From Kiritimatiella glycovorans (GTDB taxonomy: Bacteria > Verrucomicrobiota > Kiritimatiellia > Kiritimatiellales > Kiritimatiellaceae): 32,000 bases of DNA. The stretch lies in NCBI RefSeq assembly GCF_001017655.1, contig NZ_CP010904.1, positions 570,001 through 602,000 of the forward strand. Reading direction: 5' to 3'. The position numbers and the translations under genes were made by a program. A model generated the notes under the pieces. That model searched no databases and was not told the DNA's origin. It worked only from the letters and a program-made list of their open reading frames with translations. Below, in pieces: positions 9,703 through 20,783 of the stretch; positions within the stretch are counted from its first letter, which is position 1, and each line of letters begins with the position of its first letter.

Positions 9703-11774
9703 TGGAGAACCCCGCAGTCCATGGAAGGGAAAGAGATCTGAAGGTGCGCACCCGGCTTCAGGACGACGCCTGGCTGCATCCCTGGCTTCCGGAACTGGAG
9801 CGCCGGGCTCATTACGCGGGCGAAGTCGAACGCCGCCTGACCGGGGGCTCGATCCCGCTCCGCGATTTCGCCTCCGGCCACGAATACTTCGGGCTGCACC
9901 GCGACGGCAAGGGGTGGGTCTTTCGCGAATGGGCGCCCAACGCCGCGGAGATCGTCCTGATCGGCACCTTCAGCGGATGGGAGGAAAGAGACGACTTCCG
10001 TCTGAACCGGCTCAACGGGCGCGGCGACTGGGAGCTGCGCCTCCCCGAAGGGGCGATCGGACACGGCGATCTCTTCCGGCTCCGGATGCGCTGGGACGGC
10101 GGGGGAGGCGACCGCATCCCCGCCTGGACGCGCCGGGTGGTACAGGATGCCGAAACCGGGATTTTCAACGCCCAGGTGTGGGCGCCCGACGAACCCTATC
10201 GCTGGAGGAACCCCCCGCCCGCGCGGCCGGATTTCCCGCTGATTTACGAGTGTCACGTCGGTATGGCCCAGGAGCGGGAAGGGGTGGGGACCTTCGACGA
10301 ATTCCGGGAGCACACCCTGCCGAGGGTCGCCGCCGCCGGCTACCAGACCATCCAGCTCATGGGCGCGATGGAGCATCCGTACTACGGATCGTTCGGGTAC
10401 CACGTCTCCAGTTTCTTTGCCGCCTCCTCGCGGTTCGGGACGCCGGATGAATTCAAGGCCCTGATCGACGCCGCGCACGGTCTGGGGCTGACCGTCATTA
10501 TCGATCTCGTCCACTCGCACTCCGTCGCCAACGAGGTCGAGGGTCTCGCCCGCTTCGACGGGACCCCCTACCAGTATTTCCATGCCGGCGCGCGCGGCGA
10601 ACACCCCGCCTGGGGTTCGCGCTGCTTCGACTACGCCAAACCCGAGGTGCTCCACTTTCTTCTCTCGAACTGCCGATTCTGGATGGACGAATACCGGGTC
10701 GACGGCTTCCGTTTCGACGGCATCACCAGCATGCTCTACCACCATCACGGTCTCGGGACCGCCTTCACCTCCTATGAACAGTATTTCGGCGGAGACGTCG
10801 ACGACGACGCGCTGGCCTATCTGAGCCTCTCCAACAAGCTGATTCACGAGCTGAACCCCCATGCCGTCACGATCGCGGAGGACGTCAGCGGCATGCCCGG
10901 GCTGGCGGCCCCGCACGAGGAGTATGGTGTAGGCTTTGACTACCGGCTCGCCATGGGCGTGCCCGACCACTGGTTCAGGCTGGTCGGGAAGGTTCGCGAC
11001 GAGGACTGGTCGATGGGCGGACTGTTCCATGAACTGACCAACCGCCGGCCGGAGGAGCGTACCGTCCATTACGTCGAGAGCCATGACCAAGCCATCGTCG
11101 GCGGCAAGACCATGATCTTTGCCATGATGGACGCCGCGATGTACGAGGCGATGCACGCGGAATCGACGGACCTCGCGGTCATGCGCGGCATGGCGCTGCA
11201 TAAGATGGCCCGGCTCGCCACGTTCGGCTGCGCGCAGCACGCGTACATGAATTTCATCGGCAACGAATTCGGACATCCCGAATGGGTCGACTTCCCGCGC
11301 GAAGGCAACGGCTGGTCGTACCGGTATGCGCGGCGGCAGTGGTCGCTGCGCGATGATCCCGGCCTCAAGTATCACCAGCTCGGCGACTTCGACCGCGCGA
11401 TGCTGGAGTTGTACAACCGCGACCGTGCATCGTTCGCGGTGAACCTGCCCGGGCTCCTGCGGGTGCACGAGGACGACAAGATCCTGTGTTTCGCGCGCGG
11501 CGCATACCGCTTCCTCTTTAATTTTCACCCCTCGAACTCTGTCGAGGACTACCCGGTGGAGACCGGGCCGGACCTCTGCCGCCCTGTGCTCGACACGGAC
11601 GAGTCGCGGTTCGGGGGTCAGGGTCGCATCGCTCCGGATCAGACCTTCCGCCCGGGGGAATCCGCGGGGCCGCATGAAATCCGTGTGTACCTTCCCGCCA
11701 GGACGGCGATGGTCCTCCTGAGTTCCACATGGGGACCCCCGGGGGAATATCGTACTCGTAGTCGAATTCCTTGA
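9702..11774 (+). CDS. glgB: 1,4-alpha-glucan branching enzyme, eukaryote-type (GH13 subfamily 8-like)
   Basis: Long collinear similarity to human GBE1 as I recall it: IQLMGAMEHPYYGSFGYHVSSFFAASSRFGTPDEF, DLVHSHS, DGFRFDGITSMLYHHHG, TIAEDVSGMPGL, GFDYRLAMGVPD, YVESHDQAIVG, NFIGNEFGHPEWVDFPREGN, FLFNFHP. The start ATG 9702 overlaps the glgA stop (TGATG). The upstream part of track ORF 9297.. overlaps glgA out of frame and was discarded. Confidence 0.9.
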   Translation: MENPAVHGRERDLKVRTRLQDDAWLHPWLPELERRAHYAGEVERRLTGGSIPLRDFASGHEYFGLHRDGKGWVFREWAPNAAEIVLIGTFSGWEERDDFRLNRLNGRGDWELRLPEGAIGHGDLFRLRMRWDGGGGDRIPAWTRRVVQDAETGIFNAQVWAPDEPYRWRNPPPARPDFPLIYECHVGMAQEREGVGTFDEFREHTLPRVAAAGYQTIQLMGAMEHPYYGSFGYHVSSFFAASSRFGTPDEFKALIDAAHGLGLTVIIDLVHSHSVANEVEGLARFDGTPYQYFHAGARGEHPAWGSRCFDYAKPEVLHFLLSNCRFWMDEYRVDGFRFDGITSMLYHHHGLGTAFTSYEQYFGGDVDDDALAYLSLSNKLIHELNPHAVTIAEDVSGMPGLAAPHEEYGVGFDYRLAMGVPDHWFRLVGKVRDEDWSMGGLFHELTNRRPEERTVHYVESHDQAIVGGKTMIFAMMDAAMYEAMHAESTDLAVMRGMALHKMARLATFGCAQHAYMNFIGNEFGHPEWVDFPREGNGWSYRYARRQWSLRDDPGLKYHQLGDFDRAMLELYNRDRASFAVNLPGLLRVHEDDKILCFARGAYRFLFNFHPSNSVEDYPVETGPDLCRPVLDTDESRFGGQGRIAPDQTFRPGESAGPHEIRVYLPARTAMVLLSSTWGPPGEYRTRSRIP

Positions 11775-12010
11775 ATATGGAATCGCGCCCTACCCGGGAG
11801 ACGCAGGCCGAACCCGTGCGTGAGGGTAGGGATTCTGCTGGACAGCAGAAGGCCGTCCGCCGTTTTCGTACTCTTACTCGTACTCGTACGCGTACTCGGC
11901 GCGCCGAAGGCGCGATCCCACTCCCCCTGTTCAAGGAATTCGAGTACGAGTACCGCTTCGCTGAGTACGAGTACGATATTCCCCCGGGTGTCCCCATATT
12001 GGACTCAGGG
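11716..12010. repeat. Composite palindromic element, copy A of a hexamer-periodic repeat family
   Basis: Outer arms at 11731-11775 and 11931-11995 are reverse complements, with 2 mismatches and a 21-nt insertion in the right arm. The interior has hairpins at 11788-11831 and 11833-11850. It also contains the shared core: (CGTACT-like)x5, a GCGCGCC-GAA-GGCGCG hairpin, then AGGAATTC(GAGTAC)n. It lies between the convergent glgB and ACT genes. Confidence 0.6.
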
Positions 12011-12022
12011 GCATCCCCGCGC

Positions 12023-12481
12023 TTATGTCTCCGCCCGGCGGTACAGTTCGACGCCGTCCAGTACGTTGAACCCGCGTTCCCGCAGGATCTCCAGGGCGCG
12101 GTCCATGTCGTCGAAGCGGAAGATCAGCACGGCCTGTCCGCCGCGTTTGAGTGTGAATGCGTACATGTATTCGACATTGACACCCTTCTCCTCGAGCGCG
12201 TCCAGGATTTCCGCCAGCCCCCCGGGCCGGTCGCTGACCTCCGTGGCCAGCACCTCGGTGACTTTCACCACGAAGCCCGCCGTTTCCAGCGCGTCGCGGG
12301 CCTTTTCCCACTCGCGGACGACCAGTCGCAGGATGCCGAACTGCTCGGTGTCGGCGAGCGAGAGGGTGATGATGTTGATGCCTTCATCCGCGAGGGTGCG
12401 GCAGGGTTGCGACACGCCGCCGGGGCGGTTTTCGATAAACACGGAGAGCTGTTTCAGATTCACGTCCTGCTCCTCGTTCAA
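12023..12481 (-). CDS. ACT-domain (tandem) small-molecule-binding regulatory protein
   Basis: This 152-aa ORF has two ACT-like repeats: LSVFIENRPGGVSQPCRTLADEGINI and LATEVSDRPGGLAEILDALEEKGVNVEYMY. The codon usage is clean. The + strand ORFs across it (11771.., 11820..) are compositionally aberrant. Confidence 0.75.
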   Translation of the reverse strand: MNEEQDVNLKQLSVFIENRPGGVSQPCRTLADEGINIITLSLADTEQFGILRLVVREWEKARDALETAGFVVKVTEVLATEVSDRPGGLAEILDALEEKGVNVEYMYAFTLKRGGQAVLIFRFDDMDRALEILRERGFNVLDGVELYRRAET

Positions 12482-12621
12482 AGGGCTTCACGGTGTACGG
12501 GGGCATCATAGTCCATGACGCCGGCCGGGACAATAGGGGAGGGCGGGGAGCGTGCCCCGGTGTTTCAGGTGCGCGGTCGATCTGGTAGGGTTGTCGCAGG
12601 ATACGGGAAAGGAGAAAAGAC

Positions 12622-13488
12622 ATGAATGAAGAGGGTACGGTTCGCGCGGTGATGGCCGCACTCGACGGCTCGGACTACGGCGCCGCGGCCGGCGAGTACG
12701 CGCTGGATTTCGCGCAGCGCCTGCACGCTTCGCTTGCCGCGGTGCACGTGGTCGACCGCCGGATGCTGGAGGGTCCGTTCCTGGCCGATCTCTCGGGATC
12801 GGTGGGAGCGCTCCCGTACGGAAACGAACTGACGAATATCCGGAACATTCTCGAGGAGCGCGGGCGGACGATTCTCGAAGCCTATCGCAATCGCGCGGCC
12901 GAACGGGGGCTCGAGGCCGGGACGCGTCTCGAGGAAGGCTTGCCGGTGCGGGCCCTGCTTCGGAGCGAGGAGGACGCCGATCTGCTGGTCTTCGGGCAGC
13001 GGGGCGACCAGGCCGAGGCCAGTGCCGACCTGCCGGGGTCTACGGCCGAGCGGCTGATCCGCCGGTCCGCGCGGCCGTGCCTGGTGACGCCGCGCAGCTT
13101 CGTTTCCGTGCAGCGCATCATGACGGCCTACGACGGCAGCGGGCCTTCGCGGCATGCGCTGCAGCGGGCCGCCGATCTGGCGCGGGGGCTGGAGGCCGAC
13201 ATGGTGGTCGTGACGGTGGCGGAACCGGGCGGCGGCGAAGAGGAGGACGCGGCTCACGCGACGCTGCAGGAGGGCAAAACCCTGGCCGCGGAGGCCGGCG
13301 TCCATCCGCGCGGGCGTATCGCGAAGGGCGATCCGCAGACCGTGCTTCCCGAGGCCGCGGCCGGCGAGGAGTGCCAGATGCTCGCGCTGGGCGTTTCACA
13401 CCACAGCTGGTTATCCGAACACCTGGTCGGGAGTCTTTCGCTGCGGATGGTCCATGAGACGCACCTTCCGGTGCTGCTGGTACGCTGA
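12622..13488 (+). CDS. Universal stress protein, tandem UspA domains
   Basis: Two Usp modules are present: VMAALDGSDYG...AVHVVD...LLVFGQRG...GSTAERLIRRSARPCLV and IMTAYDGSGPS...MLALGVSHHSWLSEHLVGSLSLRMVHETHLPVLLV. A GGAAAGGAG Shine-Dalgarno sequence lies upstream. Confidence 0.8.
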   Translation: MNEEGTVRAVMAALDGSDYGAAAGEYALDFAQRLHASLAAVHVVDRRMLEGPFLADLSGSVGALPYGNELTNIRNILEERGRTILEAYRNRAAERGLEAGTRLEEGLPVRALLRSEEDADLLVFGQRGDQAEASADLPGSTAERLIRRSARPCLVTPRSFVSVQRIMTAYDGSGPSRHALQRAADLARGLEADMVVVTVAEPGGGEEEDAAHATLQEGKTLAAEAGVHPRGRIAKGDPQTVLPEAAAGEECQMLALGVSHHSWLSEHLVGSLSLRMVHETHLPVLLVR

Positions 13489-13510
13489 GCCGCCGCCGCA
13501 TGGGCCGGCC

Positions 13511-14536
13511 TTATCGTCCCTCTCGGCCCTCGTCCGCGGCCAGGGCCGCCGCCAGCCGGAGCGCCGCGAACAGGCTGCCGGGATCCGCGCGGCCCTGGCG
13601 CGCGATATCGAACGCCGTGCCGTGATCGACCGACGTACGGATGAGGGGCAGTCCGAGGGTCACATTGACTCCTTCGTGGAGCGCGACCATCTTGAACGCG
13701 ACGTGGCCCTGGTCGTGGTACTGGCACACCCATCCGTCATAGCGTTCCCGGTGGTGCGGCATGAACGCGGCATCCGGGGGAAGCGGGCCTTCGGCGTCGA
13801 TCCCCGCGGCCTGCGCGTCGTCGATCGCCGGCGCAATGGCCTCGATCTCCTCGCGTCCGAACGCGCCCTGTTCGCCGCCGTGCGGGTTCAACCCCAGTAC
13901 GGCCAGTCTCGGTCGCCGGCCGCGGATGCGGTGCAGGGCGTCATCGGTCAGCGTGATCACGCGGGCGACGCGTTCCCGGCTGCAGAGTGCGGGCACGTCC
14001 GACAGGGCGCAGTGGCAGGTGACGAAGCTCAGCGCCAGGTGTTCGCTGTAGAGCATCATGGCGTAATCCCGGGTGAACGTCTTCTTCGCGAGAATTTCCG
14101 TGTGTCCGTTTTCGTGAATGCCGGCGCGGTGGAGCGCGGCCTTGCTGAGCGGCGCGGTGGTCAGTGCGTCGAACGCCCCGCCGCGGACCGCTTCGATGGC
14201 GGCGGTCAGGGATGCGTAGGCCGCGCGGCCGCACTCGGCGTCGACCACCCCCGCGGCCGGAAGGTGATCGAGCGTGGCGCAGTCCACCGCCGTCGTGCCC
14301 TCGCCGGGCTCATCACGCAGATCCGCGGTCAATGCGAAGTAATGGTTCGGGGCGGGGAGATCCAGTTTCGCGGCGACGCCCTCGAGGACGGCGCGGTCGC
14401 CGAAGATCACCGGGCGGCAGAGGCGGCGCATCTGTTCCGAGGTCGCCGCGCGCAGGCACAGTTCCGGACCCACACCGGCCGGGTCGCCCTGGGTGAGGGC
14501 GATGCGCGGCAGGCGGCGTGGCGGGTTGCGGTTCAT
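13511..14536 (-). CDS. pdxA: 4-hydroxythreonine-4-phosphate dehydrogenase
   Basis: Motifs: IALTQGDPAGVGPEL, GHTEILA, VLGLNPHGGEQGAFGREE, YHDQGHVAFK, NVTLGLPLIRTSVDHGTAFDIA. Confidence 0.9.
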   Translation of the reverse strand: MNRNPPRRLPRIALTQGDPAGVGPELCLRAATSEQMRRLCRPVIFGDRAVLEGVAAKLDLPAPNHYFALTADLRDEPGEGTTAVDCATLDHLPAAGVVDAECGRAAYASLTAAIEAVRGGAFDALTTAPLSKAALHRAGIHENGHTEILAKKTFTRDYAMMLYSEHLALSFVTCHCALSDVPALCSRERVARVITLTDDALHRIRGRRPRLAVLGLNPHGGEQGAFGREEIEAIAPAIDDAQAAGIDAEGPLPPDAAFMPHHRERYDGWVCQYHDQGHVAFKMVALHEGVNVTLGLPLIRTSVDHGTAFDIARQGRADPGSLFAALRLAAALAADEGREGR

Positions 14537-14547
14537 CTCGGAGCGGT

Positions 14548-14576
14548 ATCATAGCGCCGCACCCGCCGCGCCGCAA
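14548..14576 (-). promoter_or_regulatory. Candidate sigma70-type promoter for pdxA (TTGCGG-17-TATGAT on the minus strand)
   Basis: On the minus strand, TTGCGG corresponds to + coordinates 14571-14576 and TATGAT to 14548-14553, with a 17-nt spacer. Only 11 nt separate the -10 from the ATG, which would imply a very short or absent leader. This rests on motif match only. Confidence 0.3.
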
Positions 14577-14640
14577 GACGGGGGAGAGCATGGAGTTCAC
14601 CATGAAGGACATGAAGGTTGAGGGGGCAAGGGTGAACATG

Positions 14641-14770
14641 ATTCGCACTCGCACTCGTACTCGTACTCGTACTCGAACGCGTACTCGGCGCGCCGAAGGC
14701 GCGATCCTGTTTCCAGTCCAGGAATTCGAGTACGAGTACCGCTTCGCTGAGTACGAGTACGAGTACGATG
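14641..14770. repeat. Hexamer-periodic palindromic element, copy B
   Basis: 14679-14707 is identical to 11890-11918 (29 nt: GCGTACTCGGCGCGCCGAAGGCGCGATCC). 14720-14760 is identical to 11934-11974 (41 nt: AGGAATTCGAGTACGAGTACCGCTTCGCTGAGTACGAGTAC). There are 7 CGYACT-type units on the left and 2+3 GAGTAC units on the right. Confidence 0.6.
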
Positions 14771-14848
14771 TGACGCGCGCGGATTTCCGGTCCAGCCGCT
14801 ACCCTTCCAGTCGTTTCACAAAAAAATACGAAAAACCATTTTTTCCCC

Positions 14849-14876
14849 TTGCGCAATTCGCGCATCCCTGTATGTT
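14849..14876 (+). promoter_or_regulatory. Candidate upstream rrn promoter (TTGCGC-16-TATGTT) preceded by an A/T-rich UP-like tract
   Basis: TTGCGC lies at 14849-14854 and TATGTT at 14871-14876. The sequence ACAAAAAAATACGAAAAACCATTTTTT sits immediately upstream. This rests on motif match only. Confidence 0.35.
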
Positions 14877-14954
14877 GTCCCTTCTCTTTTGAGACGGAGC
14901 GGTCGCCGCGAGGAGGCTGATTCCGCCGATCTTAATAAAAGTCTAAAAAAGCGG

Positions 14955-14983
14955 TTGACGCCGCACGGCCTGCAAGCTACATT
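14955..14983 (+). promoter_or_regulatory. Candidate main rrn promoter (TTGACG-17-TACATT) with an A/T-rich UP-like element
   Basis: TTGACG lies at 14955-14960, followed by a 17-nt spacer and TACATT at 14978-14983. It is preceded by CTTAATAAAAGTCTAAAAAAGC and sits about 200 nt upstream of the mature 16S 5' end. Confidence 0.5.
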
Positions 14984-15064
14984 GCCAGACTGCTTCAGGG
15001 CGATCCGCAGCTCTGCGAGAGGGCGGAAATCGGACTTTGAGCAAGGTTCTCTGAAAAGTGAATA

Positions 15065-15109
15065 AAGCTGTGATTCCATCGCTTCGAAACCGGGGCGGTG
15101 TGAATTGCG
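15065..15109 (+). other. 16S leader half of the pre-16S processing (RNase III-type) stem
   Basis: AAGCTGTGATTCCATCGCTTCGAAACCGGGGCGGTGTGAATTGCG is largely complementary, with G-U pairs and small bulges, to 16864-16907 in the spacer. Confidence 0.7.
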
Positions 15110-15186
15110 AAGACATTATTCGGATCTCATGATACTTACGAAGTCACGACCCTCATTTATTTGAGGAGGTCGGGACAGACTCTATA

Positions 15187-16754
<1,568 letters not shown>

Positions 16755-16863
16755 CTAAGGAGACCTGCCGGAGAGGAGCGCGCAAGCGCAAATCAAAGGC
16801 GGGAGGGTAGCGTCCCGCACGCGGGACGTTTCCGTCGGCGACGGCGGAAGCCGGATAATGAAA

Positions 16864-16907
16864 CGCAATTCGCACCGTTCCGGTGGCGAAGCAGAAAATC
16901 ACAGCTT
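16864..16907 (+). other. Spacer half of the pre-16S processing stem
   Basis: CGCAATTCGCACCGTTCCGGTGGCGAAGCAGAAAATCACAGCTT pairs with 15065-15109. Confidence 0.7.
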
Positions 16908-16946
16908 TGTTCGCGGCGACGACAGGATCAGGGTTGCCGCAGCGCC

Positions 16947-17022
16947 GGGGGTATAGCTCAGCTGGAAGAGCGCCAGCTTTGCAAGCTGGATGTCGCCGGT
17001 TCGAGCCCGGCTACCTCCACCA
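16947..17022 (+). tRNA. tRNA-Ala (anticodon TGC), CCA encoded
   Basis: Cloverleaf: acceptor GGGGGTA/TACCTCC with the G3:U70 alanine identity pair, D-arm TAGCTCAGCTGGAAGAGCG, anticodon loop TTTGCAA, T-arm GGTTCGAGCCC, 3' ACCA. Confidence 0.95.
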
Positions 17023-17073
17023 ACGAGCGGGAAGAGGCCGGAGACGGCGGAACAGCCCCGGCGCCTGGATTAC

Positions 17074-17150
17074 GGGCGTGTAGCTCAGTTGGTTAGAGCG
17101 CATCCCTGATAAGGATGAGGTCGCTGGTTCGAGACCAGCCACGCCCACCA
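17074..17150 (+). tRNA. tRNA-Ile (anticodon GAT), CCA encoded
   Basis: Acceptor GGGCGTG/CACGCCC, D-arm TAGCTCAGTTGGTTAGAGCG, anticodon stem CATCC/GGATG with loop CTGATAA, T-arm GGTTCGAGACC, 3' ACCA. Confidence 0.95.
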
Positions 17151-17212
17151 CCATAACCCTGTGATCGCCAGGATTTTCTCCGGCTGAGGCCGGAGCGGTT
17201 CTTTGACAATTG

Positions 17213-17270
17213 CATAGACGAAAAATCGAGATTCAGCGTCTGGAAAGTGACGGCGGATATGTATATTTTT
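17213..17270 (+). other. 5' half of the pre-23S processing stem
   Basis: CATAGACGAAAAATCGAGATTCAGCGTCTGGAAAGTGACGGCGGATATG... is complementary to 20236-20290 (…TCTATCCGACGTCATTTTCCGTCGCTGAGTCTCGTTTTTTCGTCTGTG). Confidence 0.65.
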
Positions 17271-20235
<2,965 letters not shown>

Positions 20236-20290
20236 ATTTTTTTCTATCCGACGTCATTTTCCGTCGCTGAGTCTCGTTTTTTCGTCTGTG
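20236..20290 (+). other. 3' half of the pre-23S processing stem
   Basis: Complementary to 17213-17270 (see that feature). Confidence 0.65.
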
Positions 20291-20327
20291 CGATTTTCAT
20301 GGTCCCTCCATGGGACCACCCTCTTTT

Positions 20328-20443
20328 GTCCGGTGACCAAAGCGGGGAGGAAACACCCGTTCACATTCCGAACACGGAAGTTAAGCTCCCCAGCGGCGAT
20401 GGTACTGAGGAACAGACCTCGGGAGAGTAGCACGTTGCCGGGC
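20328..20443 (+). rRNA. rrf: 5S ribosomal RNA
   Basis: 5' GTCCGGTGAC pairs with 3' GTTGCCGGGC (helix I, with G-U pairs). Internal CCCGTTCACATTCCGAACACGGAAGTTAAGC and GGGAGAGTAG are typical 5S blocks. Confidence 0.9.
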
Positions 20444-20455
20444 TTTTTTTGCCCA

Positions 20456-20488
20456 GGCGCCGGTCGTTTTCGACCGGCGCCTTTTTTT
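20456..20488 (+). terminator. Rho-independent terminator of the rrn operon
   Basis: An 11-bp perfect stem GGCGCCGGTCG / CGACCGGCGCC with a TTTT loop, followed by TTTTTTT. Confidence 0.85.
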
Positions 20489-20660
20489 GGTGTCGGGGGA
20501 GGAGGAATCAGAATCGGGATCGGGATTCACCACAGGTCACAGAAAATACCGGGTTCGGATGGAAGCCGACCACGGATTACCGATGACTCGGATGGGGTCT
20601 CGAAATCCGAATCGAATTCGGGATTATGAATTCCGCACATGGCGCTTACCCGATTTCCCC

Positions 20661-20688
20661 TTGCATTCAAACGGGCATCGGGTAGACT
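20661..20688 (+). promoter_or_regulatory. Candidate rpsA promoter (TTGCAT-16-TAGACT)
   Basis: TTGCAT lies at 20661-20666 and TAGACT at 20683-20688, about 95 nt upstream of the rpsA ATG. This rests on motif match only. Confidence 0.3.
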
Positions 20689-20783
20689 GCGCAATCTTTT
20701 GAAGAAGAGGGCTTTCGCGATAAGTTTACCGGCCGGGTGGCCGTGAGCGGGACCCCATAAAGTACAGCGAGCGAAACCGGGTA

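Noticed and set aside
1329-11675. Very long minus-strand ORFs opposite the glycogen genes (1329-5042, 5151-8228, 8146-9630, 9660-11675) and nested + strand ORFs in other frames.
   Set aside because: They lie antisense or out of frame to genes with unambiguous family motifs. Their translations are Arg/Gly/Pro/Ala-rich and low in complexity. They are the expected stop-codon-poor frames of GC-rich DNA.
11866-11977. Hexamer arrays considered as a possible CRISPR-like or minisatellite array.
   Set aside because: The period is 6 nt with no unique spacers, and the runs are short (5-7 units) and arranged as inverted partners. This is not CRISPR architecture. I reported them as a palindromic repeat family instead.
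11771-12518. + strand ORFs 11771-12511 and 11820-12518, and ORF 14518-14892, which contain TRTRTRTR / RVRVRV and EFEYEYRFAEYEYD peptide repeats.
   Set aside because: The peptide periodicity is just the translation of the CGTACT/GAGTAC hexamer DNA repeats. The ORFs run antisense through the ACT gene or start inside pdxA, and the similarity between copies is at nucleotide level with indels of whole hexamers.
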